A stretch of 33,071 nucleotides of DNA from Betaproteobacteria bacterium RIFCSPLOWO2_02_FULL_62_17 (GCA_001770355.1 MEQV01000212.1:7385-40455), one strand, 5' to 3'. Counted from the stretch's first letter, positions 1-8,485 are shown. Notes: generated by a model from the sequence alone, not told the origin. Program-made: numbers and translations.

Positions 1-125
1 GCGAAGTGCGCAATTGGCTGGTGGTGGGCGGTGCCATGGGCGACTGCAAGGCTACCGTGGTCGATTACATGGCGGTGCATCACGTCATCACCGGCGTGGG
101 ATTCGCTTATTGGGAGCGCGCTTGA
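1..125 (+). CDS. 3' end of an unidentified upstream CDS (5'-partial)
   Basis: The frame starting at position 3 reads EVRNWLVVGGAMGDCKATVVDYMAVHHVITGVGFAYWERA*. Its TGA at 123-125 overlaps the TTG at 122-124 that best fits the ATPase start (TTGA coupling). Composition is protein-like. No family recognised. Confidence 0.35.
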   Translation, partial: EVRNWLVVGGAMGDCKATVVDYMAVHHVITGVGFAYWERA

Positions 126-958
126 CGGCGGCAGGGGACAGCAGCGCTGCGCCAGGCAGCGCGAAACTGCGCCTGCGCGACGTGCGCCGCCGCTTCACGG
201 TGGGCAAACGTTCTTTCGACGCCTTGGAGGGCGTGAGCCTGGATATCGCCGCCGGCGAGTTCCTCGCCATGGTGGGTCCCTCGGGTTGCGGAAAAACGAC
301 GCTGCTCAGGATTGTCGCGGGACTGGAGACGCCCACCGGCGGCACGGTCGAAGTGGCACGCGACCCGGCATCCACGCGCCCGGAAAACTCCATGGTGTTT
401 CAGCAGGAGTCGATTTTTCCCTGGATGAACGTGCGCGACAACGCCGCCTTCGGATTGAAGGCGCGCGGCATGGGCAAGCACGAGCGCTACGCGAATGTTC
501 AACCGATTCTTGAACTCGCCGGTCTCAAGGGTTTCGAGGCCGCGCTGCCGCACCAGCTCTCCGGCGGCATGAAACAGCGCGTGGCTCTGGCGCGCGCGTT
601 CGCCAACGATCCCGAGATACTGCTTATGGACGAGCCATTCGCCGCGCTCGATGAACAAAACAAGCTCATCCTTCAGTCGGAACTGCTGCGCATCTGGGAG
701 GCTTCGCGAAAAACCGTTTTGTATGTCACTCATTCGATCGATGAGGCGATCCTGCTCTCGGACCGGATACTGGTGATGAGCGCGAGGCCGGGAAGGGTGA
801 AGGATTTGATCGACGTGGCTTCCCTGTTTCCGCGGCCCCGCGACATCTCCACGGTGAAGTCCAGCCCTCGCTATGGCGAGTTGTTCGCGCGCATCTGGGG
901 TGAGTTGCGCAACGAGGTGCTTGCCTCCGCGCGCGAGTCGGGAGGCAAGGCGGCATGA
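122..958 (+). CDS. ABC transporter ATP-binding protein (NitT/TauT nitrate/sulfonate/taurine type)
   Basis: Walker A GPSGCGKTT, ABC signature LSGGMKQRVALARA, Walker B ILLMDEPFAALD and H-loop VTHS. I prefer the TTG at 122 because ORF residues encoded by 14-121 are Arg/Gly/His-rich junk. The exact start is uncertain. Confidence 0.88.
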   Translation: MTAAGDSSAAPGSAKLRLRDVRRRFTVGKRSFDALEGVSLDIAAGEFLAMVGPSGCGKTTLLRIVAGLETPTGGTVEVARDPASTRPENSMVFQQESIFPWMNVRDNAAFGLKARGMGKHERYANVQPILELAGLKGFEAALPHQLSGGMKQRVALARAFANDPEILLMDEPFAALDEQNKLILQSELLRIWEASRKTVLYVTHSIDEAILLSDRILVMSARPGRVKDLIDVASLFPRPRDISTVKSSPRYGELFARIWGELRNEVLASARESGGKAA

Positions 959-1713
959 GCCGCGCCGGCGTCAACCGCGCGATCTCCATCGCGACCCCCA
1001 TCCTGCTGCTTGCCGCCTGGGAGATCGCGGCGCGCGCCAGCGTACTCGATACCCGGTTTTTTTCCTCTCCGGCGAGCATCGGCAATGAGTTGTGGACCAT
1101 GGCGGCCTCGGGCGATCTGTGGAAGCACGCGTGGATAAGCCTCGCGCGCGTGCTGATAGGTTTTGCCATCGGCACCACGCTCGGCGTAGTCCTTGGCCTC
1201 GGCATTGGCCTCTCGCCGACCATCTCGGCGATCTTCAAGCCGCTGATCGACGCCACCTTCCCGATCCCGAAGGTGGGCCTGCTGCCGCTGGTGATCATCA
1301 TATTCGGCCTGGGCGAGGCGTCCAAGTACGCCATCATCGCGATCTCGGCTTTCTATCTGATCGTGATCAACACCGCGGCCGGCGTGCGCCAGATCGAGCG
1401 CATCTACCTCGACGTCGGCCGCAACTACCACGCGAGCCGCCTGATGATGTTCACCGATGTGGCATTGCCCGGTGCGCTTCCCTCGATCATCACCGGCATG
1501 AAGATCAGCATGGGCGTGTCCCTGATCATCATCGTTACCGCCGAGTCGCTCGCCGCCAAGAGCGGCGTCGGCTTCCTCATCTGGACCAGCTGGCAGGTGT
1601 TTGAAGTGGAAAAGATGTACGTGGGCCTGTTCATTTCCGCTGTGATGGGGTTTCTGCTGGCGGTGCTGCTGGATTGGGTGGAAAGAAGGCTGATCCCCTG
1701 GAAGGGCGCCTGA
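955..1713 (+). CDS. ABC transporter permease (NitT/TauT family, SsuC/TauC-like)
   Basis: 252-aa hydrophobic multi-helix protein of typical BPD-transporter length. Its ATG overlaps the ATPase stop (ATGA at 955-958). Confidence 0.88.
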   Translation: MSRAGVNRAISIATPILLLAAWEIAARASVLDTRFFSSPASIGNELWTMAASGDLWKHAWISLARVLIGFAIGTTLGVVLGLGIGLSPTISAIFKPLIDATFPIPKVGLLPLVIIIFGLGEASKYAIIAISAFYLIVINTAAGVRQIERIYLDVGRNYHASRLMMFTDVALPGALPSIITGMKISMGVSLIIIVTAESLAAKSGVGFLIWTSWQVFEVEKMYVGLFISAVMGFLLAVLLDWVERRLIPWKGA

Positions 1714-1778
1714 AAACCGGGGACGTACCACGGTTTAGGAATTTGAAACAGCGAAAACCGTGGTACGTCCCCGGTTTT
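1713..1778 (+). terminator. 24-bp perfect inverted repeat hairpin (terminator-like or attenuator) between the permease and the UbiD gene
   Basis: AAAACCGGGGACGTACCACGGTTT (1713-1736) is the exact reverse complement of AAACCGTGGTACGTCCCCGGTTTT (1755-1778), with an 18-nt loop. An A-tract opens and a T-tract closes the stem. The left arm starts in the permease stop codon, and the right arm ends 3 nt before the AAGGAGG RBS at 1782-1788. Confidence 0.45.
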
Positions 1779-1792
1779 CAAAAGGAGGCTCC

Positions 1793-3262
1793 GTGGTCAA
1801 TGACTTGAGGGCGTTTCTGGACAAGGTCCGGCGCGACACCGGTGATCTGGTCGAGGTCGAGCGCAGCGTGCGCCCGGCTGAGTTTGAAGCGACCGCGTTG
1901 CTGAAGCAGCTTGAGGAGCGCAAGGAATATCCCGCCGTGCTGTTTCGAAACCCACGGGACATGTACGGCAAACCCTCGCGTTTCCCCTTGCTTTCAAATA
2001 TGTATGCGACACGCGAGCGCTGCGCGCTTGCCCTGGGTGTCGATCCGGCCACGCCGAATTATGAAACGAGCCTCGCCTTCGGCCGCAAGTCGCGCGCGAA
2101 AATTGCGCCGCTTGTCGTCGATTCGGACCAGGCCCCGGTGCACCAGACCGTCTGGCAAGGCACCGAGGCCGATGTCGGCCGTTTGCCCATCGTGAAGCAT
2201 TTCGCCATGGACATGGGGCCGACGCTCACCATGACGCATGTGATGCGCGGGGGTGTGGAAAATTCGGAGGGTTTCTACAACGTTTCCTTCGCCAAGACCT
2301 TCTACAAGAAGAAGCCCGACGTAATGGTGGTGAGCCTGCATACGCGCGACATGAGCCGAATCGTGAAGGAGGCGCAACAGCGCGGAGAGCCGCTGCCCAT
2401 TGTCAATATCCTCGGTCATCACCCGGCATTTCATCTGGGGAGCCTGGCGCGCAATCCCTGGGGCGCGGACGACTATGAGACCCTGGGCGCGTTTCTCGAG
2501 GAGCCGCTGCGCCTTACCCCCTCGGTCACCTGGGGCGAAAAATTCATGGTGCCGGCCGACGCGGAGATCCTGGTCGAGGGCGAAATCGTGCCCGGCGAAC
2601 GGGACGTCTGCGACCCCTTCGGTGAAGTGGCGCGTCTTTACCAGGGGCAGTGTATGCGCCCGGTGTTCCGCGTGAAGGCGATCACATTCCGCAAAGGCGC
2701 GATCATGCAGGATATCTTCTCCGGTTTCCGCGACAGTTTTCCTTTGGGCGCGCTGGTCAAGGAAGGCGTGCTGGAAAATGCACTGCGCCCCCATATCCCG
2801 AACCTTCACCAGATTCATTCGCCGGATTCGTGTTGCGGCGTGTATGCGGTCTATGTCTCCCTCAGGGATGCGAAGGACGGCCAGGCGCAGGAATTGGGCA
2901 AGCGTATTTTCGAAGCCTTCAGCATCCTGCAATGCGTGGTGGTGGTCGACGCTCACATCGATGTCTTCAACGAAGAGCAGGTCCTCTGGGCCGTCCATAC
3001 CTACGCGAGCTTTGCCAAAGGCGTGCACACCCGCGGCGACTGGCCCGGCGGCCGCGCGGTGCAGCACGCCGGCGGTGCGGGGCCGCAGGCGGGCTTTGGC
3101 GCGACCAACTGGGGCAGCAAGGTGGTGATCGACGCGACGCGGCCGCGCGACTTCGCGTTCGGCTCGCGTTCCGAGGTTCCGGACGAAGTCATGAAACGGG
3201 TGCGGCTCGAGGACTATCTGCCCGAACCAGGCCGGCGCCGCATCGCCGCGGGCGTGGAATAA
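1793..3262 (+). CDS. UbiD-family (prFMN-dependent) aromatic acid (de)carboxylase
   Basis: The N-terminus VVNDLRAFLDKVRRDTGDLVEVERSV..EATALLKQLEERKEYPAVLFRNP is a classic UbiD start. Length is about 490 aa, and a PFGE motif follows EGEIVPGERDVCD. The GTG at 1793 lies 4 nt after AAGGAGG. The longer ORF from 1760 runs through the hairpin. Confidence 0.82.
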   Translation: MVNDLRAFLDKVRRDTGDLVEVERSVRPAEFEATALLKQLEERKEYPAVLFRNPRDMYGKPSRFPLLSNMYATRERCALALGVDPATPNYETSLAFGRKSRAKIAPLVVDSDQAPVHQTVWQGTEADVGRLPIVKHFAMDMGPTLTMTHVMRGGVENSEGFYNVSFAKTFYKKKPDVMVVSLHTRDMSRIVKEAQQRGEPLPIVNILGHHPAFHLGSLARNPWGADDYETLGAFLEEPLRLTPSVTWGEKFMVPADAEILVEGEIVPGERDVCDPFGEVARLYQGQCMRPVFRVKAITFRKGAIMQDIFSGFRDSFPLGALVKEGVLENALRPHIPNLHQIHSPDSCCGVYAVYVSLRDAKDGQAQELGKRIFEAFSILQCVVVVDAHIDVFNEEQVLWAVHTYASFAKGVHTRGDWPGGRAVQHAGGAGPQAGFGATNWGSKVVIDATRPRDFAFGSRSEVPDEVMKRVRLEDYLPEPGRRRIAAGVE

Positions 3263-3264
3263 GC

Positions 3265-3459
3265 ATGGAGCGCATCTTCTGGGCCGAATGCCCACATTGC
3301 CGCGGCAGGTTCTACTGCAATCATGGCGAGATGCGCCATGCGGGCGTAGAACTGGAGTGCCCGTTCTGCGCGGCGAAGTTCCTGCCCGAGCAGGCGGCTG
3401 CCCTGGACGAGCGCACCGAGGCGCCGGCCGATGCCGGCGGCAGGGAGCGGACCAAATGA
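3265..3459 (+). CDS. Small four-Cys zinc-ribbon protein, possible UbiD-associated D-type subunit
   Basis: 64 aa: MERIFWAECPHCRGRFYCNHGEMRHAGVELECPFCAAKF..., with CPHC and CPFC pairs. The ATG lies 2 nt after the UbiD stop, and its own stop overlaps the next ATG (ATGA at 3456-3459). Position and architecture resemble the small D subunits (BsdD/VdcD/LpdD type) of phenolic acid decarboxylases. Confidence 0.55.
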   Translation: MERIFWAECPHCRGRFYCNHGEMRHAGVELECPFCAAKFLPEQAAALDERTEAPADAGGRERTK

Positions 3460-4214
3460 ACCGCGCCGACCTGCAGGCGTCGCCCTATCCCGTGGTCGAC
3501 CTGGCCCAGCACGGCGCGCCGATCTATGTGCAGCTGGCGACGCTGTTCCGGCGTTTCATCGTCACCGGCCAGTGGCCGGTTGACCAGCAGATCCCGACGC
3601 ACGAGGACATCGCGGCGCAGTTCGAGGTCAACCCGGCTACGGTGCGCAAGGCAATGGCAATGCTCGAGGACGAGGGCCTGCTCAAGCGCTTCCGCCGGCG
3701 CGGCACCTTTGTCACGGCCAAGCCCTCGGGCGGTGCAAGCTTCCTGATACCGACGCGCTGGGAAGAAATGCTGGCCGCCTTCGACGCGCTTGCGGCGAAG
3801 ACACTCGCGGCACGCAAGGTCAAGCGGATTCCCGCGCCGTTTCACGGGAACGGCTCGCAGGCGAAGGCTTACAGCTTCGCGCGGAGGTTGTATCGCCGGG
3901 GAGGGAATGCCCTGGCTCTCGAGGACTCCTACCTGGACCAGTCAGTGCGGTCTGACATTCACGCCCATCCGCTGCGGCGCCTTGCGCGCTCCAGATCAAG
4001 CTCGATCGAACGCGCCGAGGAGACGCTGCGCTTCGGCATCGCCGATCGCGACGTCGCCTCGGCGCTGGACATTGCGCTCAATGCGCCAATCGCGGTGGCG
4101 CATATTTCCGTATTCGGCCGCGCCGGGGTGCTGTTGTTCGAATCGGTGACCTGCTTCCGCGGCGACATGGCGCGCGTGTCCGAGGCGATCCGTTTTCCGG
4201 TGCGCCGCGGATGA
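3456..4214 (+). CDS. GntR-family transcriptional regulator (HutC/UTRA-like)
   Basis: Winged-HTH signature PIYVQLATLFRRFIVTGQWPVDQQIPTHEDIAAQFEVNPATVRKAMAMLEDEGLLKRFRRRGTFV, followed by an effector domain of about 170 aa. Confidence 0.82.
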   Translation: MNRADLQASPYPVVDLAQHGAPIYVQLATLFRRFIVTGQWPVDQQIPTHEDIAAQFEVNPATVRKAMAMLEDEGLLKRFRRRGTFVTAKPSGGASFLIPTRWEEMLAAFDALAAKTLAARKVKRIPAPFHGNGSQAKAYSFARRLYRRGGNALALEDSYLDQSVRSDIHAHPLRRLARSRSSSIERAEETLRFGIADRDVASALDIALNAPIAVAHISVFGRAGVLLFESVTCFRGDMARVSEAIRFPVRRG

Positions 4215-4981
4215 TGCCGGCAGGCGCCACGGCGCGAGCCAAGACGGCAAATCGCGGGCGGGCGGGGCTGAGCAATGCAACCCCCATTTACGCGCAGCTC
4301 ATCATGCATTTCCGGCACCGCATTCAGACCGGGGTCTGGCGGCTCGGACAGACCATCCCCGCCCTCAACGATCTCGCCGCGGAAAACGGCGTGACGCGCG
4401 CCACGGTACGCCAGGCAGTCGGATTTCTGCACCGCGAGGGCTTGTTGTGCAGCCGGCGCGGGCGCGGCACCGAGGTGATCGGCGTGCCCAGGACCAACCT
4501 GTGGCAACAACTGCCGGACTCGTGGGAGGAACTGGTGCGCTCAGCCGACAGCATCGAGGGCGACATGCTGGAGCTGGCACGCCCGATGCGCCTGCCCGAG
4601 GCGCCGCAGACGGAAAAAGGCATCCTCGCGCCGGGCTACCATGTGGTGCGCAGGTTGCTCAAACGCGACGGCATTCCGTATCTCGTGGGAACATCCTATA
4701 TTGATCGGCGCATCATCGCGGAAGTGGGTGAGGCGGCCTTGCAGCGGGGCTCGGTGTACCGTGCCATGGAGGCGTCGCGGAAATTCCGGCCGGCCCGGGG
4801 CGACCAGCTATTTACTTTGGGCATGGCCGACGCCGAGCTCGCTTTTCTGCTGGAGATTCCGCTCAACGCCGCGGTGGTACAGGTGCTGCGCTGGGTGTTC
4901 GACGCGGGGGGCATTTTGATTTATCAGTCGGAGGGGCAGTTTCGAAGCGACTTTGTGCAGGCGAGGCGCCGGTTGATCTGA
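4211..4981 (+). CDS. GntR-family transcriptional regulator (HutC/UTRA-like), paralog of the preceding gene
   Basis: PIYAQLIMHFRHRIQTGVWRLGQTIPALNDLAAENGVTRATVRQAVGFLHREGLLCSRRGRGTEV. Start overlaps the upstream stop (ATGA at 4211-4214). Confidence 0.82.
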   Translation: MMPAGATARAKTANRGRAGLSNATPIYAQLIMHFRHRIQTGVWRLGQTIPALNDLAAENGVTRATVRQAVGFLHREGLLCSRRGRGTEVIGVPRTNLWQQLPDSWEELVRSADSIEGDMLELARPMRLPEAPQTEKGILAPGYHVVRRLLKRDGIPYLVGTSYIDRRIIAEVGEAALQRGSVYRAMEASRKFRPARGDQLFTLGMADAELAFLLEIPLNAAVVQVLRWVFDAGGILIYQSEGQFRSDFVQARRRLI

Positions 4982-5001
4982 TTTCATAGGAGGAGGGAAC
5001 C

Positions 5002-6030
5002 ATGTTGCGAGCATTGGTGAGAATGGCGGGCGCTCTGGCGCTCATTTCAGCGGCGGCCTTGCAGCCGGCGACGGCGCAGGACAAAAGAGTAATCAAGATC
5101 GGGGTCATCGGCATCCTTGCCGAGGCCGGCTTGTATGTGGCCGCCGAACGCGGATTCTTCGCGCAGGAAGGGCTGCAGGCCGAATTCCTCAAGGACATGT
5201 ATGGCCCGGACGGCTTTCCGGCGCTGGCCACCGGGCAGATCGACGCGATGGGCGGCGCTTTCGGGCCCGAACTCATCAATGCCGTCGCGCGCGGCATCAA
5301 TGCCAAGGTGGTGGCCGGGATGAGCAGCTACATCCCGGGCTGGGACTCCGGGTTCCTCACCGTGCGCAAGGAACTCATCGACTCGGGCCGCGTCAAGGAC
5401 TACAAGGATTTGAAGGGTCTCAAGGTCGCGCTCGCGCCGGCGCTGCCCAATCTCACCGATTATTTCGCCTCGCGCTACCTCGCGCTGGGCGGGTTGACGC
5501 TGAAGGATGTCACCATTGTCAATGTTCCGTTTGCGAACATGATTGCGGCCTTGAAGACCGGCGGCGTGGATTTCGCCCATACCTCCGAGCCGATGTCGAC
5601 CCTGACGGTGGGATCGGGCGTGGCGGTGAAATGGAAGCCGGTCACCTCGTACGCCCCGGTCGGCCTGACGGTGGCGATGCTGCAATTCGGCTCGAACATG
5701 CTGGAGAAAACGCCCGAGACCGGGGAACGCGTCCTCGCCGCCTACATTCGCGGCGCGCGCTATTACAACGACGCGCTCAAAAAGCCCACCGGCAGAGGCG
5801 AGATCGCCGATATTCTGATCAAGTACACACCGGTGAAAAGCCGTCCGCTCTATGACAAGCTTGCGTTCTCCTACTCCGACCCTGACGCGGCGATCAGCGT
5901 GGACGGCATGCAGGATATGGCCGGCTACTTTGCGCGCTCGACCGGCACCAAGCCGGTGGATGCGCGCACGCTGGTGGACGAGCGCTTCCGCCTGGCCGCG
6001 GTCAAGCGTCTTGGACCCTACCAGAAATAA
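5002..6030 (+). CDS. ABC transporter substrate-binding protein (NMT1/THI5-like, NitT/TauT family)
   Basis: Signal peptide MLRALVRMAGALALISAAALQPATAQ, then IKIGVIGILAEAGLYVAAERGFFAQEGL, typical of NMT1-type binding proteins. Strong RBS AGGAGGAGGG upstream. Confidence 0.82.
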   Translation: MLRALVRMAGALALISAAALQPATAQDKRVIKIGVIGILAEAGLYVAAERGFFAQEGLQAEFLKDMYGPDGFPALATGQIDAMGGAFGPELINAVARGINAKVVAGMSSYIPGWDSGFLTVRKELIDSGRVKDYKDLKGLKVALAPALPNLTDYFASRYLALGGLTLKDVTIVNVPFANMIAALKTGGVDFAHTSEPMSTLTVGSGVAVKWKPVTSYAPVGLTVAMLQFGSNMLEKTPETGERVLAAYIRGARYYNDALKKPTGRGEIADILIKYTPVKSRPLYDKLAFSYSDPDAAISVDGMQDMAGYFARSTGTKPVDARTLVDERFRLAAVKRLGPYQK

Positions 6031-6055
6031 TCTGTTCACCAGGAAAGGCAGCACC

Positions 6056-6769
6056 ATGGATACGCTTCAAACCGTCATCAAGAATCTTGTCGCCGGCAAC
6101 CGCATTCTTGCCAACGAAGGCATCGTCGACGCCATGGGGCATATCAGCGCGCGCCATCCGGACAACCCCAAACGCTATCTGCTTTCCTGGGCGCGCAGCC
6201 CCGGACTGGTGGAGGCCGGGGACATCATGGAGTTCGAGCTCGACGGCACGCCGGTGAAGGATAACGGCAAGCCCATCTATATCGAGCGCCCGATACACGG
6301 CGCGATCTACGAGGCGCGGCCGGAGGTCATGTCGGTAATCCACAACCATTGTTACGAGGTTCTTCCGTTCGCCATTACGCGCACCCCCATGCGCCCGGCG
6401 GTGCATAACGCGCGCCGCCTCGGCGAAAACGTTCCGGTGTGGGAGATCCGCGACAAGTTCGGCGATACCGACCTGCTGGTGACCACCATGGAGCAGGGCC
6501 GCGATCTGGCGAGCGTATTGCGGGCCAACAAGGCGGCGCTGATGCGGGGGCATGGCTGCGCCGTGACCGGCTTGACGATTCCCGACGCGGTGCAGTCCGC
6601 GATCTCGATGAAGATCAATGCGCGCGCCATTCTTGAAGGGATGCAGTTGGGCGAGATCTGCTATCTCACGCCCGGTGAGATCAAGGCGAAGCAGGCGGGC
6701 GCGGCGTCGTTGAAGGGCTTCGATCGCGCCTGGGATTATCTTTGCCGCAAGGCCGGCGTGAGCGTTTGA
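6056..6769 (+). CDS. Class II aldolase/adducin-family protein (aldolase or decarboxylase)
   Basis: GNRILANEGIVDAMGHISARHP, the metal-site-like IHNH and MRGHGCAV. About 237 aa, as expected for this fold. Confidence 0.8.
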   Translation: MDTLQTVIKNLVAGNRILANEGIVDAMGHISARHPDNPKRYLLSWARSPGLVEAGDIMEFELDGTPVKDNGKPIYIERPIHGAIYEARPEVMSVIHNHCYEVLPFAITRTPMRPAVHNARRLGENVPVWEIRDKFGDTDLLVTTMEQGRDLASVLRANKAALMRGHGCAVTGLTIPDAVQSAISMKINARAILEGMQLGEICYLTPGEIKAKQAGAASLKGFDRAWDYLCRKAGVSV

Positions 6770-6809
6770 ACCGCGAGGCCCGCAGCGGACTTCATTTCAT
6801 GAAAGAGCC

Positions 6810-7589
6810 ATGGCCATGTCAGAGCCCGGGGATATAGCACAGCGAATTCTGGATGCCTATGCCACCGGCGTCCCGATCAAGCCCGTCAGGGAAGAACTGG
6901 ACGGTGTCGCCGCCGCCTACGCGGTGCAACGTGAGACGGTTCGTCATTGGCTGGCGCAGGGCCGCCGGCCCGCCGGCCACAAGATCGGCTTGACTTCGAA
7001 AGCCATTCAGGCGCAACTGGGCGTGGATGAGCCGGACTTCGGCGTGTTGTTTGCCGACATGGTGCTGGCCGACGGTGCGGCGGTGTCGCGCGCCGCCATC
7101 CTGCAGCCGCGCATCGAGGGCGAGATCGCCTTCGTGCTGAAATCCGATCTGCGCGGGGAGCGCATCGCGCCAGCCGAGGTGATCGCGGCTACCGACTATG
7201 TCTGTCCCGCGATAGAAATCTGCGGCAGCCGCATTGCCGGCTGGGATATCCGCATTCAGGACACCATTGCCGACAATGCCTCGTCGGGGTTGATTGTTCT
7301 TGGCCGGCAAAAAGTGAAAGCGGATTTTGACGCCCTGGCGCAGGTGCCTTTGTCGTTGCAGCACAATGGCGTCGAAGCCGCCTCGGGAAAGGGGGAAGCC
7401 TGCCTGGGCAATCCTGCGCATGCCGTGGCATGGCTGGCGCAGACCCTGACGCGTTTTGGCGACGGGCTGCGCTCCGGAGATATCGTCATGAGCGGCGCCT
7501 TGGCAAAAATGCTGGCGGCGGCGCCGGGCGACCGTTTTCAGGCGGACTTTCCGGGTTTTGGCTCGGTGAGCGTTCGTTTCGAGGCTTAG
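6810..7589 (+). CDS. 2-keto-4-pentenoate hydratase / 4-oxalocrotonate decarboxylase family (FAH fold)
   Basis: AYAVQRETVRHWLAQGRRPAGHKIGLTSKAIQAQLGVDEPDFGVLFADMVL and IEGEIAFVL match MhpD/XylI/XylJ-type proteins as I remember them. An alternative ATG at 6816 has better spacing from the GAAAGAG RBS. Confidence 0.78.
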   Translation: MAMSEPGDIAQRILDAYATGVPIKPVREELDGVAAAYAVQRETVRHWLAQGRRPAGHKIGLTSKAIQAQLGVDEPDFGVLFADMVLADGAAVSRAAILQPRIEGEIAFVLKSDLRGERIAPAEVIAATDYVCPAIEICGSRIAGWDIRIQDTIADNASSGLIVLGRQKVKADFDALAQVPLSLQHNGVEAASGKGEACLGNPAHAVAWLAQTLTRFGDGLRSGDIVMSGALAKMLAAAPGDRFQADFPGFGSVSVRFEA

Positions 7590-7595
7590 ACGGGC

Positions 7596-8348
7596 ATGAA
7601 TGCCATCGATCTGCACGGCAAGGCCGCCGTGGTCACCGGCGGCGCGCGAGGCATAGGCTTGGCGTGCGCGCAGCGGCTGCTTGCTTCCGGCGCCTCGGTC
7701 ATGCTTTGGGATCAGGATGAAGCCGCCCTGAAGCAGGCGGTCAAATCCCTGTCGCGCGATGCTGCCGTGGCGTTCTCAGTGGTGGATGTTAGCGACGAAA
7801 AGATCGTCGGCGCGGCCGCCGCGGCGGCGGAGACCTGTTTCGGCAAGGTGGATATCCTGGTGAACAACGCCGGGATTACCGGCTCGAACAAACCGACCTG
7901 GGAATACGATCCCGCCGAATGGCGGCGCGTGCTGGACATCGATTTGACCGGCAGCTTTCTTTGCGCGCGTGCGCTGGTGCCGGGCATGATGCGCCGCGGT
8001 TATGGCCGGATCGTGAACATGGCCTCGGTGGCGGGCAAGGAGGGCAATCCCAATGCTCCGGCCTACAGCGCCGCCAAGGCCGGATTGATCGGGCTGACGA
8101 AGTCGCTGGGCAAGGAACTTGCCAATTCCGGCGTCGCGGTGAACTGCGTCACGCCGGCGGCGGCAAAGACCGATCTGTTCCTGCAGATGAGCGCTGCGCA
8201 TATCGAATACATGAAATCCAAAATACCGATGAACCGTTTTGTCGAACCCGCGGAGATAGCCGCATTGGTCGCATGGCTGTGTTCGGCCGAATGCAGTTTC
8301 AGCACCGGCGCGGTGTTCGATTTGTCCGGGGGGCGGGCGACTTACTGA
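7596..8348 (+). CDS. SDR-family oxidoreductase (FabG-like)
   Basis: TGGARGIG cofactor motif, NNAG, and the catalytic YSAAKAG. Confidence 0.88.
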   Translation: MNAIDLHGKAAVVTGGARGIGLACAQRLLASGASVMLWDQDEAALKQAVKSLSRDAAVAFSVVDVSDEKIVGAAAAAAETCFGKVDILVNNAGITGSNKPTWEYDPAEWRRVLDIDLTGSFLCARALVPGMMRRGYGRIVNMASVAGKEGNPNAPAYSAAKAGLIGLTKSLGKELANSGVAVNCVTPAAAKTDLFLQMSAAHIEYMKSKIPMNRFVEPAEIAALVAWLCSAECSFSTGAVFDLSGGRATY

Positions 8349-8370
8349 CTGGTAGCGTGCAGATTTTGTC

Positions 8371-8485
8371 AAAACCTGCACGGACGTTCCGTCCGCGCGG
8401 ATCGTTTCATAAAACTTGCACGGACGTTCCGTCCGCGCGGATCGTTTCATAAAACTTGCACGGACGTTCCGTCCGCGCGGATCGT
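8371..8485. repeat. 40-bp tandem repeat, about 2.9 copies, each with an internal GC hairpin
   Basis: Units are at 8371-8410, 8411-8450 and 8451-8485 (AAAAC[C/T]TGCACGGACGTTCCGTCCGCGCGGATCGTTTCAT). Units 1 and 2 differ at one base. Each contains CGGACG-TTC-CGTCCG. The array lies between convergent genes. Confidence 0.9.

Noticed and set aside
14-121. N-terminal extension of the ABC ATPase ORF (start at 14)
   Set aside because: The extension translates to Arg/Gly/His-rich junk. Another frame over the same bases gives a protein-like C-terminus ending in a TGA that overlaps a TTG start at 122.
1994-3295. Long antisense ORF (433 aa) opposite the UbiD gene. Similar ones lie at 5047-6057, 6819-7616, 7776-8450 and 8813-9634.
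   Set aside because: These are typical high-GC shadow ORFs. Their products are Arg/Gly/His/Ala-rich with no recognisable motifs, and each fully overlaps a sense-strand gene with strong family signatures.
8371-8485. Possible CRISPR array, because of regularly repeated units of about 40 bp with internal dyad symmetry
   Set aside because: The units are directly contiguous with no spacers. There are fewer than three full copies, and no cas genes are nearby. It is a plain tandem repeat.
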